Below, in pieces: positions 51,265 to 64,000 of a DNA stretch of 64,000 bases. Each line of letters starts with the position of its first letter. Position 1 is the stretch's first letter. A program made the translations under genes and the position numbers. The notes under the pieces are model-generated. The model was not told where the DNA came from. It was given only the letters and a program-made list of their open reading frames with translations, and did not search any database. Origin of the DNA: Lama glama (lineage: Eukaryota); the NCBI GenBank assembly GCA_028534125.1, contig CM052823.1, forward strand, positions 86,924,001 to 86,988,000. The letters run 5' to 3'.

Positions 51265-51775
51265 CCTGTGAGGTAGGATGGTGCACCTTCTTCACAGGTG
51301 GTTGCCAAGAATTCCTCCCACCTGAACACATAGGATGCTCCTTCCAGAAAGAGGACCCGTTCTCCCTCCATCCCCCTTGAGTCTTGACTGGCCCTGTGAC
51401 TTTCTTGGACAAAGAGAATATGGCTGAAATGACTCTGCCAGTTCCAGACCTTGCCTTAAACGGCCTCGGGGCTTCTGCTTTCTCTCTCTCGGAGGCCAGC
51501 TGCCATGCACAGCAGCTTGGGCAGACACGAGCGGGATGGAACCCCTGTGGGAAGAAAGGCCACGTGGCAGGGAGCTAAGGCACCCCACCGGCACAGGATG
51601 GGAGGGAGACCTTGTGGGCATTTCAGCGCAGCTGAGATGGACACCGCCGTGCTGACCCACGTGGAGCAGGGGATCCACCCGGCTGACCCACAGAACTGTG
51701 AGAAGTAGTAAATCACTGTTATTTCAAGCCACTAAATCACGGGGCGGTTTGTTACACAGCACAGGTAACTGAAAT
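51265..51775 (+). mobile_element. MaLR LTR (MLT1G/H-like)
   Basis: ccccttgagtct...gccctgtgactt...gactctgccagttccagacctt...ctgacccacagaactgtgag...tgttatttcaagccactaaat...gtttgttacacagcacaggtaactgaa. Confidence 0.78.
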
Positions 51776-51994
51776 GGGTGGCCTGGTGGATGTCTGAGTT
51801 CTGTGAGACCCTGAGACCTCTCACCCCCTCCAGATCCCTGAGCCCTGGTTGCCAGGGTTCCCAGGCCGATGGCAGCAGCCTTCCTCTTGTTTCACTCTTT
51901 CTAAGGAAAGTGAGGGCAGTTGTGTGGTTCCACTACATCGCATTTGAAGGCATTCCTATGACAAGCTACCGGAGCTCCTATGACGAGAATGACA

Positions 51995-52240
51995 AGCTAA
52001 GAACTTAGACTTTGTGGTCAAATTCCTGGGATTCAAGTCCCAGCCCTGCCAATTTCTGGCTGTGTGACCTTGGACAATTTACTTAACCTTTCTGTGCCTT
52101 GGTTTTCTCATCTGTAAAATGAAGTTAATGCTGGTGCCTATCTCATAGAACTCCCATGAGGATTAAATGAGGTAATATGTACAAACTCCTAAAATAGTGC
52201 CTGTTCATTGTAAGCACTCAATAAATATTATCTGTTGTTT
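51995..52240 (+). mobile_element. Near full-length MIR SINE
   Basis: Matches the MIR consensus from aagaacttagactttg through gcactcaataaatatt. Confidence 0.88.
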
Positions 52241-52464
52241 TACACTAGTATTACTGGTGCCAGGGATTCCGAGTTGATATTTCAGGGTTCTTGAGAAGTA
52301 CAGCTGATGCCTGAACACGTAAATTGCAATACAGAGAGATAAAAATAAAAATAGGAGCATGGTCGAGTCTGGGAGTGGTTTATTCCATCTGAGAATTAGG
52401 AAGTTTTCCTGAGGGAAGTGACAATTAAGCTGGGTTTGAAAGACTGAGAAGGAGTTTACTGGCT

Positions 52465-52900
52465 TTATCAGCTAGGTTTACACTTGGCTCTGAATAAAAG
52501 CAGCAATCATTGCCGCCGCAAAACAACAACAACAAAATAAACATAAATACAAAAATAATAGTGGCTTAAACAGGGTAGTAGCTTATGTCTGACTCAAGTA
52601 GAAATCTGGTGGTGGAGGCCCAGGGTTCAGAGGATGCTCCACAGTGCTAGGCATCCAGATTCCTCCTGTTTTCCCATTCTACCTGCTTGGCCTCTAGCCC
52701 ACGCTCTCCTCCCAGTGCAAGGTGGCTGCCAGAGCTCCAGCAATCACGTCTCTTTAAGGACACTCTTAGGAGTTTTACACTGCACTTAGAAGCCATTGTC
52801 AAGGCTCCATCCCGTGGCCAATCTAACTACAAGGGAGACTGAGAAACATATTCCTTATTCTGGGTGGTCGTGTGTCCAGCTTGCTAAGACTTGGGGGTCC
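52465..52900 (-). mobile_element. Old MaLR LTR (MLT1J/K-like) fragment
   Basis: aataatagtggcttaaaca...caaggtggctgccagagctccagcaatcacgtc...tacaagggagactgagaaa. Confidence 0.55.
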
Positions 52901-54385
52901 CATTACCCAGGAGGACTTGGGGAACAGATAGTAGAGGTCATAACTGGCCAAGTTGGCCACATAGAGGACATGATAGGAAAGGTGTTCCCGAAAGAAGGAG
53001 CAGCATGTGCAAAGGCCTGTGTACGTGAAGCACACGGCTGGTTGTCTCTACGAGGACTTCGAGGCTCTTCCCCCTTCTCTCCTGAGGCATTCACCACTTC
53101 CACATGGCTGCCTCCACGGACTTGCCTTTAGACCAGCTTTCTTGCCAGGCAGACACATCCTATTCCCCGCTCTCCTGTTGCTCTGGAGGCTCCCTCCTAC
53201 CCAGCGCATCCACGGGGGAAACCGAGATGCGAGATGCACTGATGAGCTTGCGGTCACGGAGGAGATGGAGGTACTGAGTGGAGGGGCCCCAGGGAGCAGG
53301 GCCGGGGCTCTCCCTGTGCTTCTAACCTAGGCCTGGACAGCTGGAGGGGGTGGCTGAGAGGGCCCCCAGGCCACGGAATGTTGTAAACAAAGGCCAGGAG
53401 GTGGCTCTTAAGGCACTTAGGGAGCCCTGGGGGAGCGCTGCCCTGCTAGTCATGGGGCCTGAGGCCAGATGCTTGAGGGATGAGAGCCTGAGTACCTGCA
53501 GGTCACATCACATGGATGTGCCGGCAGTGGAGTTCTTGGGTAGAGGAGTCAGTGCTGTTGGAGGAGAATGGGGACCGGGACCTGGGAGCCAACAGTGGGA
53601 AGCATGGGCCCAGCCCTGAGCCCTTTCTGGGCATGGAGGCAAAGAGTGAGAGATCCACCCGGCACCGGGTCTTGGCGTGGGACCCCAGTCCTGCCTTGGA
53701 CATGCTGGGCGACTTGAAGCCTCAGTTTTCCCATCTGCAAGAGCTCCGGGGCTGTGTGCTCGTGGCCAGTACTGTGGACACTTCTGAAAGAAGGGCCCCC
53801 ACGGACCTGGGCTTTCAACGAGGCAGGACAGCCTGGCCTCCAGGGCCCAGCTGGGGCCTTAGCTTCTCGGGGAGCCGCCCTTGACCACCTGCGCACCCCG
53901 CCCTCCCTCCCCTCCCAGCCCCTCACAGCCTCTGGTTCCAGGAGGCCCAGCTCTTGGGTCAGAACTCTGAATGCAGACTCTGGCTGGCAGCCCGGCCCCT
54001 ATTCCCAAGCCATATTCCCTGAGCCTGGAGACTCAGGCAGAGGTGGCTGGGTGGCCAAAAATCCAAATGCTAGAGTGAATGCTCACCCAGCCAGGCCTCA
54101 CTGCTCACAGGTCCACAGGGACGAGGCAGGCAGCCCACGTGGAGGTGGCTCAGGGGCTGGCCTGCAGCCTGTTTCAAACTGAAGAGTGTGTGCCCACCCG
54201 GTTCAAATGAAGCGTTTTTATACACTAGACTTGAAGTACCCGCACCTAAAGGCAGGGCTGCTGATGGCAGGCCTTGTGATCTGCATTCCCAGTCACAGAT
54301 GTCTGCTCTGTATATATTAGGGGGCAGGGAGGGCAATTTTTTTCTTTTTTCTTTTTTTTGCAAACCAATAATATCAGCCAGCTTT

Positions 54386-54540
54386 GGGGAGGGTATAGCT
54401 CAGTGGTAGAGCGTGTGCTTAGCATGCACGAGGTCCTGGGTTCAATCCCCAGCACCTCCGTTATAAACAAACAAAGCAACCAACTTAATCCCCCCACCCT
54501 AAAATAAATAAATAAAATAAAAATTAAAAAAATTTTTTAA
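54386..54540 (+). mobile_element. Vic-1-type SINE with TSD
   Basis: GGGGAGGGTATAGCTCAGTGGTAGAGCGTGTGCTTAGCATGCACGAGGTCCTGGGTTCAATCCCCAGCACCTCC plus A-rich tail. TSD atcagccagc (54373-54382 / 54541-54550). Confidence 0.92.
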
Positions 54541-55189
54541 ATCAGCCAGCCTGGAAGAAAGCAGTGCCCATCTGCTTTGCTTCTGCGATGGAGGTGGGAT
54601 GGGGGTCGTGGGTCTGAGTTGGAGGGGCTGGACCCAGCGCATGCAAGAGACACCTATTGTTTTCTTTGCCTAGTGTTGTTCCTTTAAAAAAAGCTGCTCC
54701 CCATTATCACTGGCCGCAGGTTTCCAGTGGGATTTGCCTTGCGGATTCTCCCCAGGTGGTGAGCACCTGACCTGCACTGAATCTATGTCTTCTGTGGAGA
54801 ATTTGGAATCAGAACCAAAAGACTTCAGCTAAGACTGGCTTGTCTTCACATCTAGAGGCCAGGGAGCTGTTGACAGCCCTGCTTTCTACTGCTAACCGGA
54901 GGCGGGGTTGGAGGATGTGAAAGCAGGATGAAGGGACAGCAGGGAACGGCACGGTGCGAGAAGGAGGGGAGCTGGACACCCACAGGGCTCTCAGCCCTGA
55001 GTGCACCCTGTCCTGAGGCCGACTGGGTCCCGGCCTGGGATTCCAGGAGGTACCCCGGGCTCCTTTCAATAACTTCCATGCCCCTCCCCAACATATATTC
55101 TTTTTCTTGCTGAAGCTAATTTAGGTGAGTTTGTGCTGCCACTAAGATAATCGCACCTGACGAAAAGAAAAGCACAGTGAGATCTCTTT

Positions 55190-55385
55190 TTCTATGACCG
55201 CCACTCACTGGGCCAGCTGCTTCACTTGCATCATTTCATTAAACCCTTATGATGACTCTGCGAAGTATGTATTGTTATTATTTCCATTTGATAGATGAGA
55301 ACACTGAGACCCAAGAGAGGCTAAGCAGCATGCCCAGAGTCACACAGCTGCCAGGAAGGAGTGGAGGCTAGTTGATTCTAGAAGC
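55190..55385 (-). mobile_element. MIR SINE
   Basis: catcatttcattaaacccttatga...ttccatttgatagatgagaacactgagacccaagagaggctaagc...gtcacacagct. Confidence 0.75.
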
Positions 55386-57414
55386 CAAATAGGAGTCTTT
55401 GTTCCCTCCCGGAGGGGGTTGCATTTGAAAGGCACTGGCCTGGGGGTGCTGCGGTGCCCCGTGCAGAGTGCATTCTCTGCGCTTATCTGACTGTGTTTTA
55501 TTAAATGGGTTTGCACATCTTGAGAAAGAGCCAAGCTGGTTGGGCTTGAAGTTTTCAGCACTGGGCTGGAGGTAGCCTCCTTGGGGAGCCCAGCCAGGGC
55601 CTGGCCAAGCCCCCGGACCAGGCTGGCCGAGGATGCTGACATGAAGTCCTGCCACAGCTCTGAGGCCTGCCTGTGATTCACGGGCCCAGCCAGCCTGGGG
55701 AAGAAACAGTGCTCCCCCAGACCCCAAACCTAAGCCACCCCCTCCAGGAGGCCTTTCAGGGCCCAGGTGGCTGTGACCTTCTTTCCTCTGTTCTCCCTGA
55801 CACTCATGTTGTCCTGGTCCCATCTCAGGACTCTGGAGCCCTTGGCTGGGTTCTCCTGCTGAAGAGTCATGCAGGACAAAGCTGATGCCTGGGATAAGCT
55901 TGGCCCCTGTCCCTCCACCCCAGGGCTGCGTGGGTGGTTGTCCTTAGAGACAGAGAGAGAAGACCCAGCACTGGCTGGGCCGTGGGAAGCCACAGCATCC
56001 TGGAGGAAATAGCTGGGGACCTGGCAGCTCCCGGAGGCTCAGGGAAGGCTCTCAGGGATGGGCACGGCTGTGTGCAGACAGGTGGACTCTTCATGGCTGG
56101 AGACCAGCTGGCCCCGCTCTTTAAAAATCTTTAAAATTTGCTCATTTGAATTCTATGAATGTATAGTTTTCAAAATAAATGGGATCACATTATCTGTTTT
56201 ATCTATCTCTGTCTGTCTATAGATAATGGACATTCTTCCAAATGAACAGAGATCAATGTCATTCTTGTTAATAGAGGCCTAATAGTTTATGGAATGGACA
56301 GCTCAAAGGAAACTCGGGGCTGGTTTCACTGTGAATGTAAAGAGAAGAATTCTAACTAAAATGTTAGCGCTACAGTAAATCAAAGAATAAGACTTCACGG
56401 CCCCTTAGGAGTTTATTTGGGGGCTACCGTGATGGTCGCTATTGGGGACTCCACCAGCAGTGCTCACTGCACTGACGGATAGTGGAGGGAAACTGTGTAG
56501 TCCTCTCAGTGGACAGTCTGCATGCTGATTGGCAGCCCTTCCTGATAAAGCAGTAAGAAAGAATCCTAAACATGGCCAGAAGTATTTCCTGAACCCCAGC
56601 AACAAACAGAGGGGCAGATGTCTTAAAGGCATCCTTGTTTAGGTGCAGAGCAGGCAAGGATCCAGGGTCCAGCGCCACAATTGTTGTGAATGAAGGAAGA
56701 AAGCAGAGGAATGTGGCTTGTCCAAGTTCACTCTGTGGTCAGTGGCAGAGCTGAGACCAGGGCCCGGGTCTCTACCCACCCTGTGTGGGGTGTTGCCCAC
56801 CTCACCCGGTGACAGCTTGGCCTGGGTTTTGCTCTCATGACATCTAGGAGGTGCTGGAAGCATAGAGAGGGTTGAGTTGTGACCTTGGGTCAATGGAGAG
56901 AGACCCAGCTGAGGGGGGGGGTACTCCAGGGCTGGCACCTGTGCTCCTGTCTGTCCACCTGCTGTCCTCTTAGGGTCCCTGTAGCCACGTGGCCTGGGAG
57001 CCACCCTCAGTCCTTCAGGCCACTTCTGACACTTCTGGGTCAGCCTTGAAGGAGTGACAGGGAGAATAGATGCTAAATGTGGCCCTGTGCCTTCCCCACT
57101 CAGGCTGTATCATCTTAAATGAAAATAACAGCTTTTCATTTATAAGACAACAAAACGATCCTAGTTTTGTGAAGATAAATATATATTTAGATGTGTGTCT
57201 TCACATGGGGAGAAATCTAGAAAGATATGCAATAAAAGGTTAACAGAAGTGATCTTCAGGCAATGGAATCCCAGAGGATTTCTTCTTTTTTCTTTTAGTT
57301 TTTCTGTGTTTTCTAATTTGTCTATCATCATTGTGTGTTACTTGTGGAGAGGCAGCATAGTGAAGTGTTTAAGAGTAAGAATGGAGTTCACACTCTAGCC
57401 TTCCCTCATCCTAG

Positions 57415-57416
<2 letters not shown>

Positions 57417-57463
<47 letters not shown>
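57417..57463. repeat. Compound (TG)n(AG)n microsatellite
   Basis: Directly visible. Confidence 0.95.
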
Positions 57464-57464
<1 letters not shown>

Positions 57465-57644
57465 CAGGACACTTGACCCCTCTGAGATTTAAAATGAAAA
57501 GGAGGTTAACATTACGAGCCTAATTTACTACAATGGAAAACCCTGGTGGGTCCCACGCGGGGATCAAATGGAGTCCCACTAGTCACAGGGCAGACCCACC
57601 CGGGAAAGCACACAGCACCAAGCTGCCTGCTGGAAACCCTGACG

Positions 57645-58170
57645 GTGGATCTGGTCTTGAGGAAACATCAGATAAATCAAATAGCGTGAGGAGGTGGGTA
57701 CAGCTCAGTGGTGAAGAGCCTGCCTAGAGGTCCTGGGTTCAACCCCCAGTGCCTCCATCAAAACTAAATAAATAAAAACCTAATTATGTCCCACTTAAAA
57801 AAAAAATCAAATAGTGTGATGTGCTCCAAGTATACCTGGCTTGGACTTTTCAAAAGACGCCAATGACATAGAAGGAGTAAAAAAAGAAAAAGTCTGGAGA
57901 ACTGTTGCGGATTAAGGGAGATGCAAAAGGTGATCCTTGTTGGATCCTGAGAAGGATAGGGGAGCCACGAAGGGCACCACTGAGGCAACCGGGCAGATCT
58001 ACATTAGAAAACAGTATGACAACATCAAATTTCCTGAGTGTCATCGCTGTTCCGGGACGGTGTAGGGAAATGTCCTTATTCTGAAGAGATAGTTGCTGAA
58101 ATACTTGGGGGAGAATGCCATGATGTCAGCAGCTAACTCTCGGGTGTTTCAGAAATAATGTGGCAAAACT
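57645..58170 (+). mobile_element. Old L1 (L1MC/ME) 3'UTR fragment hosting a SINE
   Basis: gaggaaacatcagataaatc...ggacttttcaaaa...gagaactgtt..gattaagggaga...ttggatcctg...aaatttcctga...gaaatgtccttattct...gctgaaatactt. Confidence 0.6.
57690..57803 (+). mobile_element. Vic-1-type SINE with internal deletion and 16-bp TSD
   Basis: TSD aaatcaaatagcgtga (57674-57689) / aaatcaaatagtgtga (57804-57819). 3' half of the anticodon arm is missing (cctgcctag-aggtcc). Confidence 0.88.
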
Positions 58171-59757
58171 GAATTAAATTAAGGAAAAGGTCCGGCACAG
58201 GGCAGATCTCCATCCTGGCGAGCCACTGCTCCCTCTGGCCTAGAGCCGCCTCTGGCCTGTCTCCTCTTGAGAGGCGCTTTTTCCTTCCACCCCCTCCCCG
58301 GAGCCCTCTTTCCCAGAGGAGGTGGCCGCAGGGAAGGTTCTGGAAGAACAGCAGGAATCAGGCCACAGCGATCTCCCTGAGATTCAAGGCTTCCTCAGAC
58401 GCATCTCCAAACAGCCTCATTCCACTTCCATGCCACATGCCCTGGACCCTCATTCATTACACAGACACTCATAGGCCGTCCCCTCTCCTCCAGTTTGCTC
58501 ACATGGTTCCCCCTAGCCTAGAAAGCCATCCTCCCCTTTCCCTGTCAGTAAAATCCAACGTACCCTTCAAAGAAAGCCCACTTATGTGCCCAAAGGCCTA
58601 CCTCTCTCCCAGCCCAAGGAAGAAGCATGCTTTCCTGGAATGGCCCTAGGCTGCTAACGCTACTTGGTGATGCCCTGTCAATCTGCCGCCCGAGACTGGA
58701 AGCTCCAATTTGCATGGACCAGGTTGCCACCTCCCCTGTATCTCTAGGATGTGCCAGGTGCCTGAGCCCTAGCAGACATCCTACCTGTGTTTGTGGCCCA
58801 AAGCTTAGGTGCCCGTACGAATCTGCTGTCATTTTTGAGACCAGTTCAATACACATTGGTATATTCATATAATAGAAAACTATGCAAGTGTCAAGAGAAT
58901 GATTCAGACCGCTCTGGACTAATCGAAGATACACAGTAGATGAGTGCAGGGGGCTACTGACTCTTTGTGTAAGAAAAAAGCACATATATTTGTTCTAGCA
59001 AAGACTGCTTCAGGAGAGAGGAACTAGGGGTCAGGGAGATAGGGGGGGAGTGAGTTTTTGAGTTTGTGCCTTTTACATATAAACCTATTTAACAAGTTAC
59101 ATGATTTAGATTTGTAACAGAGTGCCCACTCTCTGGGGAAGGTTAAGGGAATCGCAGGAGTTGGGTGCTGAGAAAAGAGGGGAGAAGCAGGTGAGCATTG
59201 CCCCTGGGTGGAGGAAGAGCCTGGGCTGCCTGCCTGCGGCTCTTGCTGGCGGACCCTGACCTTGAGCCCGTGGCTGCAGAAGGGTGCAGCAGCCTCCCAG
59301 AATCCTCAGAGCCACAAGCATCTCTCACTTACGTGATGTCCCATCCTCTGGGCCCTGCAGCTCTTCACGCCACCCACGTCACTGGAAAGACCCTGCCTCC
59401 ATCTTCATGTGCTGAGTCCTCCTCGGCCGTCAGGGCCCCACCCAGTGCTCCCCTGACCCCCTGTCAGAGGCCTCTCGCTCCCCATCTTGCTCTCTCAGCC
59501 CTCAGTGTTTGCTCCGAAGGCCTCCGGGCTGAGCGGGCCCAAGGACGAGAGCAGGAGAAGGCGGGAAGGGTGTCTAGAGAATTCTGGCCCCGCTGGCCTT
59601 TCTCAGACTCTGCTGCTCGAGCCCTTTGCTGGTTCCTGTGCTGGGACAAAAAATGGCCCACCCCGAGCCCGCAGTCCCTTTTCACTACCCAAGGAGCAGC
59701 AGGAATGTCGTGCCTCCTGGGACCCCCTGCACGGGGAAGGGGCTAGACCGTATATAT

Positions 59758-60148
59758 TGTGGTAAACGGGTAAAACAGTAAGTCAGGATGGCTTTTCTCG
59801 GGACTATTGCGATAGACGTCACGGCCATCGACAGCAGGGAGAAGTTAGGCTCAATTCTGGATTCAGCAAAGACAGCCGGGGATTTACAGACGACAAGGAG
59901 AACGAGGGGCCGGTGGATGCAAAATTACCACGAGGGGACATCGCGGGTAAGGGTGATTCTTACTAAACCAACTTAACAGGATTCTTGCTGAAGGCAGGCC
60001 ATGCCAATCAGGCATCAAGGTTGGGGATTCTCACTGAAATGATTTAGCAGGATTCTTCTTAAAACTGGCTGAGGCCCAAGGAGAAGGCCTAGTGGAAAAG
60101 AGGGCTCAGAGGAGCCTGTCTCAAGTCTGGTCAAGGAGTCTTGGTCAC
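59758..60148 (-). mobile_element. ERV1 solo LTR (MER31-like)
   Basis: Reverse complement begins tgaccaagactccttgaccagacttgagacaggctcctctgagccctcttttccactaggcc, as in the recalled MER31 consensus. Repeated caggattctt motifs. Confidence 0.75.
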
Positions 60149-60739
60149 ATGTTAAAGGATCTTGGGAAAATTCCCCTTATTTTTTCAGGTAAGGAAATGA
60201 AGGCTCAGAGAAGCAGTCACTTGCCTGAGGTCTGCTTTAGTCCACCCCGCCCCCAAGGAGGCTCAGCCCCAAGACTCCTGCTGCATCTGCCTCTGGCCTA
60301 CAACCTGTGGGTAAAAAAGGCCCTGGGCTCCAGCCCCGTTGTTGCTGCTGACTCATTGCTGTGTGACCCTGGTTAAGTTTGGCCCATCTCTGGGCCTCTC
60401 TGAATGTAACCCAAGAACAAAACCACCGGAGTCCTCTGGCCACGCCATGGGAGCTCAGGGGAGCCGGGTGGTCCAGGGCTGGGACCAGCAAGGCAATAAT
60501 TAGCTGACAGCTCCTCTGGAATGTTAAGTACCCAGCTCTGGAATGCAGCTCCTGCTGGCTGCAGATACCCCCTCAACATCACTCAGGCCCTGCAGTGAAG
60601 ATAAGAATCAGGGTGGGCAGGCACTGGGGACCCTGTGTTGGGAACCCCCCCTTTCCCGGGCACATTTCTCTGGCCTCTCGCAGGATCTCCTCCATGTGGA
60701 GTTCCCTCATCTCAGGATTTGCTTGGAACAAGACATTGC

Positions 60740-61180
60740 AGATGTGGGAGGGGCTTCTAAGATGGCCCCTGCCTCCTGGCATCCACGTGAGCCCCTCTCC
60801 TTCAGTGCGGGCTAGACCCAGCGACTGCTTCTGACAAACACTACAGTGAAGCGATGGAATGTCACTTCTGACATAAGGTTACAGGAAGCCCATGCCTTTC
60901 ATCTGGGGCACTCTTTTGCTCCCTCTGAGTGAAGCCAGCTGCCATGTGGTGAGCTGCCCGTGCAGTAGGGCCCCGGCCAGCAGCCAGTGGGACCAGCGAG
61001 GCACTGAGGTCTGCAGTCCAGCCACCCATGAGGCACCAAGACCTGACAGCAAGCACACGTGAGTGAGCCTGGACGCAGAGCCATCCGCCGTTGAGCGCAG
61101 ATGACTGCAGCCTGTGAGAGACCACGGGGCAGAGGGCCAGCTAGGCTCTGCCCAGCTCCTGACCCACAGAAACCGACTTG
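60740..61180 (+). mobile_element. MaLR LTR (MLT1F-like)
   Basis: ttctaagatggcccc...cccctctccttcagtgcgggcta...gaagccagctgccatgt...cagatgactgcagcc...ctcctgacccacagaaac. Confidence 0.75.
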
Positions 61181-61252
61181 CCCAAGGTCACAGAGCCTGG
61201 GACTGCCGGGTCCACGACGAGAACCAAGGTTTTCCAACTCTCAGCCCTAGAC

Positions 61253-61421
61253 CAGTGGCTGTCAAACTTCAGTTTGCATCAGAGTCATCTGGAGGGCTTG
61301 TGAAAGCAGATAGCTGGGCCCTACCTGCCGGGGTTCTGATTCTCTAAGCCTGAGAACCTGCCTTTCTAACAGGTTCCAGGTGATACTGATGTGGCTGGTG
61401 GAGGACCACACTTTGAGAACA
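61253..61421. mobile_element. MER5A-like hAT element
   Basis: cagtggctgtcaaacttcagtttgcatcagagtcatctggagggcttgtgaaa...ggaccacactttgagaac. Confidence 0.82.
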
Positions 61422-62295
61422 AGGGCTCTCCACTACCTATCTCCGAAATCACTCTCCCAATGTTCCCCCAAAGCACAGACTAAGGGCAATTTGCCAAGTC
61501 CCCGAATGCCTATCTAGGTACCATCTCCTCTGAGGGAGGGGGTGTGGTTGAAAGAACCACAGAGGGCAGTGCCCTGTCTTGTTCATCTTTACAATTATTT
61601 GCTGACCCAGAAAACCCACGGATACATATGATATTCCACAATTTTATATGGTAACACTTTTGAAAAAAATTCATTTCTTTTACTCATAACCATATCAAAA
61701 GTATTTTATTTTCTTCAGGTAAATCAAGTATTATATGCAGAAATATTTTGGTTAAGGAAACTACCAACAGGAGGCCAGTAGGAAGTACAATAATTCTCTC
61801 TGCTGGAATGTTTTCTGTTTCTATGTTTTGCCACTAGGGGCTGGCTTTATCCATCATTGTATTTTACCTTTTCGGCACTAAAGCTTCTATCTTCAAAGCT
61901 GATGCTTTGGATACTTGGTAACTGGTGTATCTATACATACACATATAGATTTGTAAGTGGCTGTGGATTTGAATACAGATACAGCTGCAGATACAGGTAC
62001 AGATGAAGATGTAGCAGTGATGTTTCCTAAGGAGACAGAACGTGCCCCCTCCCTACTCTTCCCTCTGCGCAGAATGTGGATGTGGAGGGGAGCCAACTTG
62101 GACATATCAAGATGGCAGAGCGACAAGGTGGAAGGGGCCTGGGGGACCGGACAAGCTCATGGAGTAGGCGCGCTGTTCCATCCCTGGACAATCTACCCCT
62201 GGGTTATCACAGGAGAGAGAAATAAACTCCATTCCACCGTGGCTCTGACTAATACATCCCATGCACGTGTCCCCCAGCAGACAACAGGCTCCTTG

Positions 62296-62894
62296 TGTTG
62301 TGGGTGAGAGGTTCTTGTGTTGTCGCAGAAAGAGTTCAGAGACAAGACATGGAGGTCAAGAAAGCAAAGCAAGGATTTAGTAAGGGACAGACAGTACACT
62401 CTCAAGGAAAGAGCGGGCAGACCCTGGTGGGTGGCGGTCCGAGTGTCCTTGGCAAGCTCGTTATATGGGTGTAAAAGAGAACGGGCAGAATATTCATTGG
62501 CAGGGAGAGGCTTGGGGTCGTCTTTCCTGATCTCCATCCCAGCTCCACCTTCCCAGGTAGGGAGGAGGGATTTTTCATCATTATTTAGTCTTGATCGGGA
62601 AGTTGGATGAGGTCATGATGAACAAAAGGTTACATTCGGATGGGGGTATCATAAGCAAAAGGTTACATTTGGACAGAGGTCATCATGATTGAAAGGTTAC
62701 ATTCAGATGGTGGGGATTCCTGTCCTGTCCCACCCTTCTGCCTGCAGGACACTTACAGCCCACAAGGTATGGCTTATCAGTCCAGAGGATCCTGTTTTTC
62801 TTGGTCTGTCCAAGGACCCCTCTTGTTCACAAAATGTATGGTTTTCTGCCATTTGCCCCTGTTGCTCACATCTAGCTACCTGCCTGCTCTAACA
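62296..62894 (-). mobile_element. ERV1-class solo LTR, probably lineage-specific
   Basis: TGTT...AACA inverted termini and perfect 4-bp TSD cttg (62292-62295 / 62895-62898). Minus-strand TATA-like cccatataac at ~62460-62469. Three 33-34 bp-period repeats in the U3 side. Confidence 0.82.
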
Positions 62895-62949
62895 CTTGAG
62901 AGTAGGGCCAGACTCTCCGTCTTTCTTCCTATAGCTCTCAGAAGAGGAC

Positions 62950-63110
62950 CTAGCATGTTTCAGTTCTGGTTTTGCCCCTTCTTAGCAGGTGACCTGGGGC
63001 AAATGACCTCCCTAGCCTGTTTCCTCTTCTATAAAATGGGGCTAAAGAACACTCTCGTAAATTTCGTATCAAGCTTAGTGAGATGACGTGTGTAAAACAC
63101 TTAGCCATGT
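62950..63110 (+). mobile_element. MIR SINE
   Basis: gtgacctggggcaaatgacc...tttcctcttctataaaatgggg...tgagatgacgtgtgtaaaacacttag. Confidence 0.7.
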
Positions 63111-63860
63111 ACACATAACAGGAGTCAAATAACAGGTGGGTGTTACCAGCTGTAAGTTTTCAGAAATCTGATCTTGTCCCCTCCCACCGTGCTTTAAACC
63201 ATCACACTCTATTTCCCTTAAGATAAAATCTAAAATCCCTACCCTGGTACCTAAGACCCTTTTTGCTCCAGTCCTGTCCACCTCCCTTGTCTTATCGCTC
63301 ATGCTTTGAACTACACAGCCAGAGAGAGTCGCTCTGGCCTCCTGTCTTTCCCAAGGACTTGACCTAAGGTCAGGGTAAGAGATGAGAAATGTGTTAAGCC
63401 CAAATGGCCCTTGAAAATCCCTTGAAATGCCCACAGATACAGCATCCAGACCTCGTACCTCTCAGTGAGCTAAGTCCAAGACAGTTTTCCTCCAGCGTAG
63501 AAACAGGTGGCTAGATCTTCAGATGAGCACCAGAGAAAGTAGATGGCTTGTATTTAGGGGACTTCTGGGACCAAAAATGGATGTCTTTTTAAAATCAGTA
63601 TCGTATTCAGAATTAAAACTTCATTGATACTTCTCAACTGTACCTTCAATGCCTCTTACCTCCAAGTGTTTGCACACGCTGTTCCTTCCACCCCCCACCC
63701 CTTCCTGCCTCCCTCTTCTCTTGGCCTGGCCAGTCCTCACTCAGGCCTCTGAGCTAGCGCCACTCCTTCAAGGAAGCGTTCTCTAACTACCACCGTCTTC
63801 TTCTGGATAAGCAGAGTCCTCTGGAACGCGTCTGTCCTGTGCAGTGGTCTTCCCACTATA

Positions 63861-64000
63861 CAGCCAGCCCTCCCTCTATCCATGGCATCTTCATCTGGGA
63901 TTCAACCAACCCAGGATCGAAAATATTTGTGGAGAAGGGGAAAAAAATCCAGAAAGTTCTAAGAAGCAAAACTTGAATTTGCTGCTCACTTAGTAATGAT
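63861..64000. mobile_element. TcMar-Tigger-type (MER2/MER8-like) DNA transposon end, truncated by window edge
   Basis: TA followed by cagccagccctcc.tctatccatgg...ggattcaaccaacc..ggatcgaaaatattt...aagcaaaacttgaatttgc. Confidence 0.65.

Noticed and set aside
61828-61845. CTCF site ccactaggggctg
   Set aside because: One G short in the core and lies in degenerate AT-rich, probably repeat-derived DNA.
62625-62706. CRISPR-like repeat-spacer array
   Set aside because: Only three short units with similar intervening sequence, inside a eukaryotic LTR, and no cas genes.

Overview
This is mammalian genomic DNA, almost certainly camelid (camel or alpaca), judged from seven tRNA-Ala-derived Vic-1-type SINE copies or fragments. 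The only recognisable protein-coding sequence is the last exon of SMAD6 on the + strand. It has an acceptor AG at 23278-23279, reads (D)[25 protein letters not shown]-[N gap]-LNNHR-stop (TAG 23819-23821), and is followed by a ~430 nt 3'UTR with AATAAA at 24231. Positions 1-23279 are therefore the distal part of the long last intron, and everything after ~24250 is downstream intergenic DNA (toward SMAD3 if human synteny holds). The rest is interspersed repeats: MIR, L2, L1, MaLR/ERV LTRs, hAT/Tigger DNA transposons and one decayed class III (ERVL-like) provirus with readable RNase H/integrase motifs. There are also microsatellites, several candidate enhancer or CpG-rich blocks and six N gaps. 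Nearly all ORFs in the supplied track are spurious GC-rich frames. I found no credible previously undescribed biological system. The most unusual structures are serial L1 insertions reusing one target site, a twin-primed inverted L1 plus SINE nested in a MER91-like transposon, a ~190 bp local duplication flanking an enhancer-like block, a Z-DNA/UG tract beside the SMAD6 acceptor, and a solo LTR with tandem U3 repeats. Repeat family names are from recalled consensus sequences and need RepeatMasker/Dfam confirmation; repeat boundaries are approximate unless TSDs are given.
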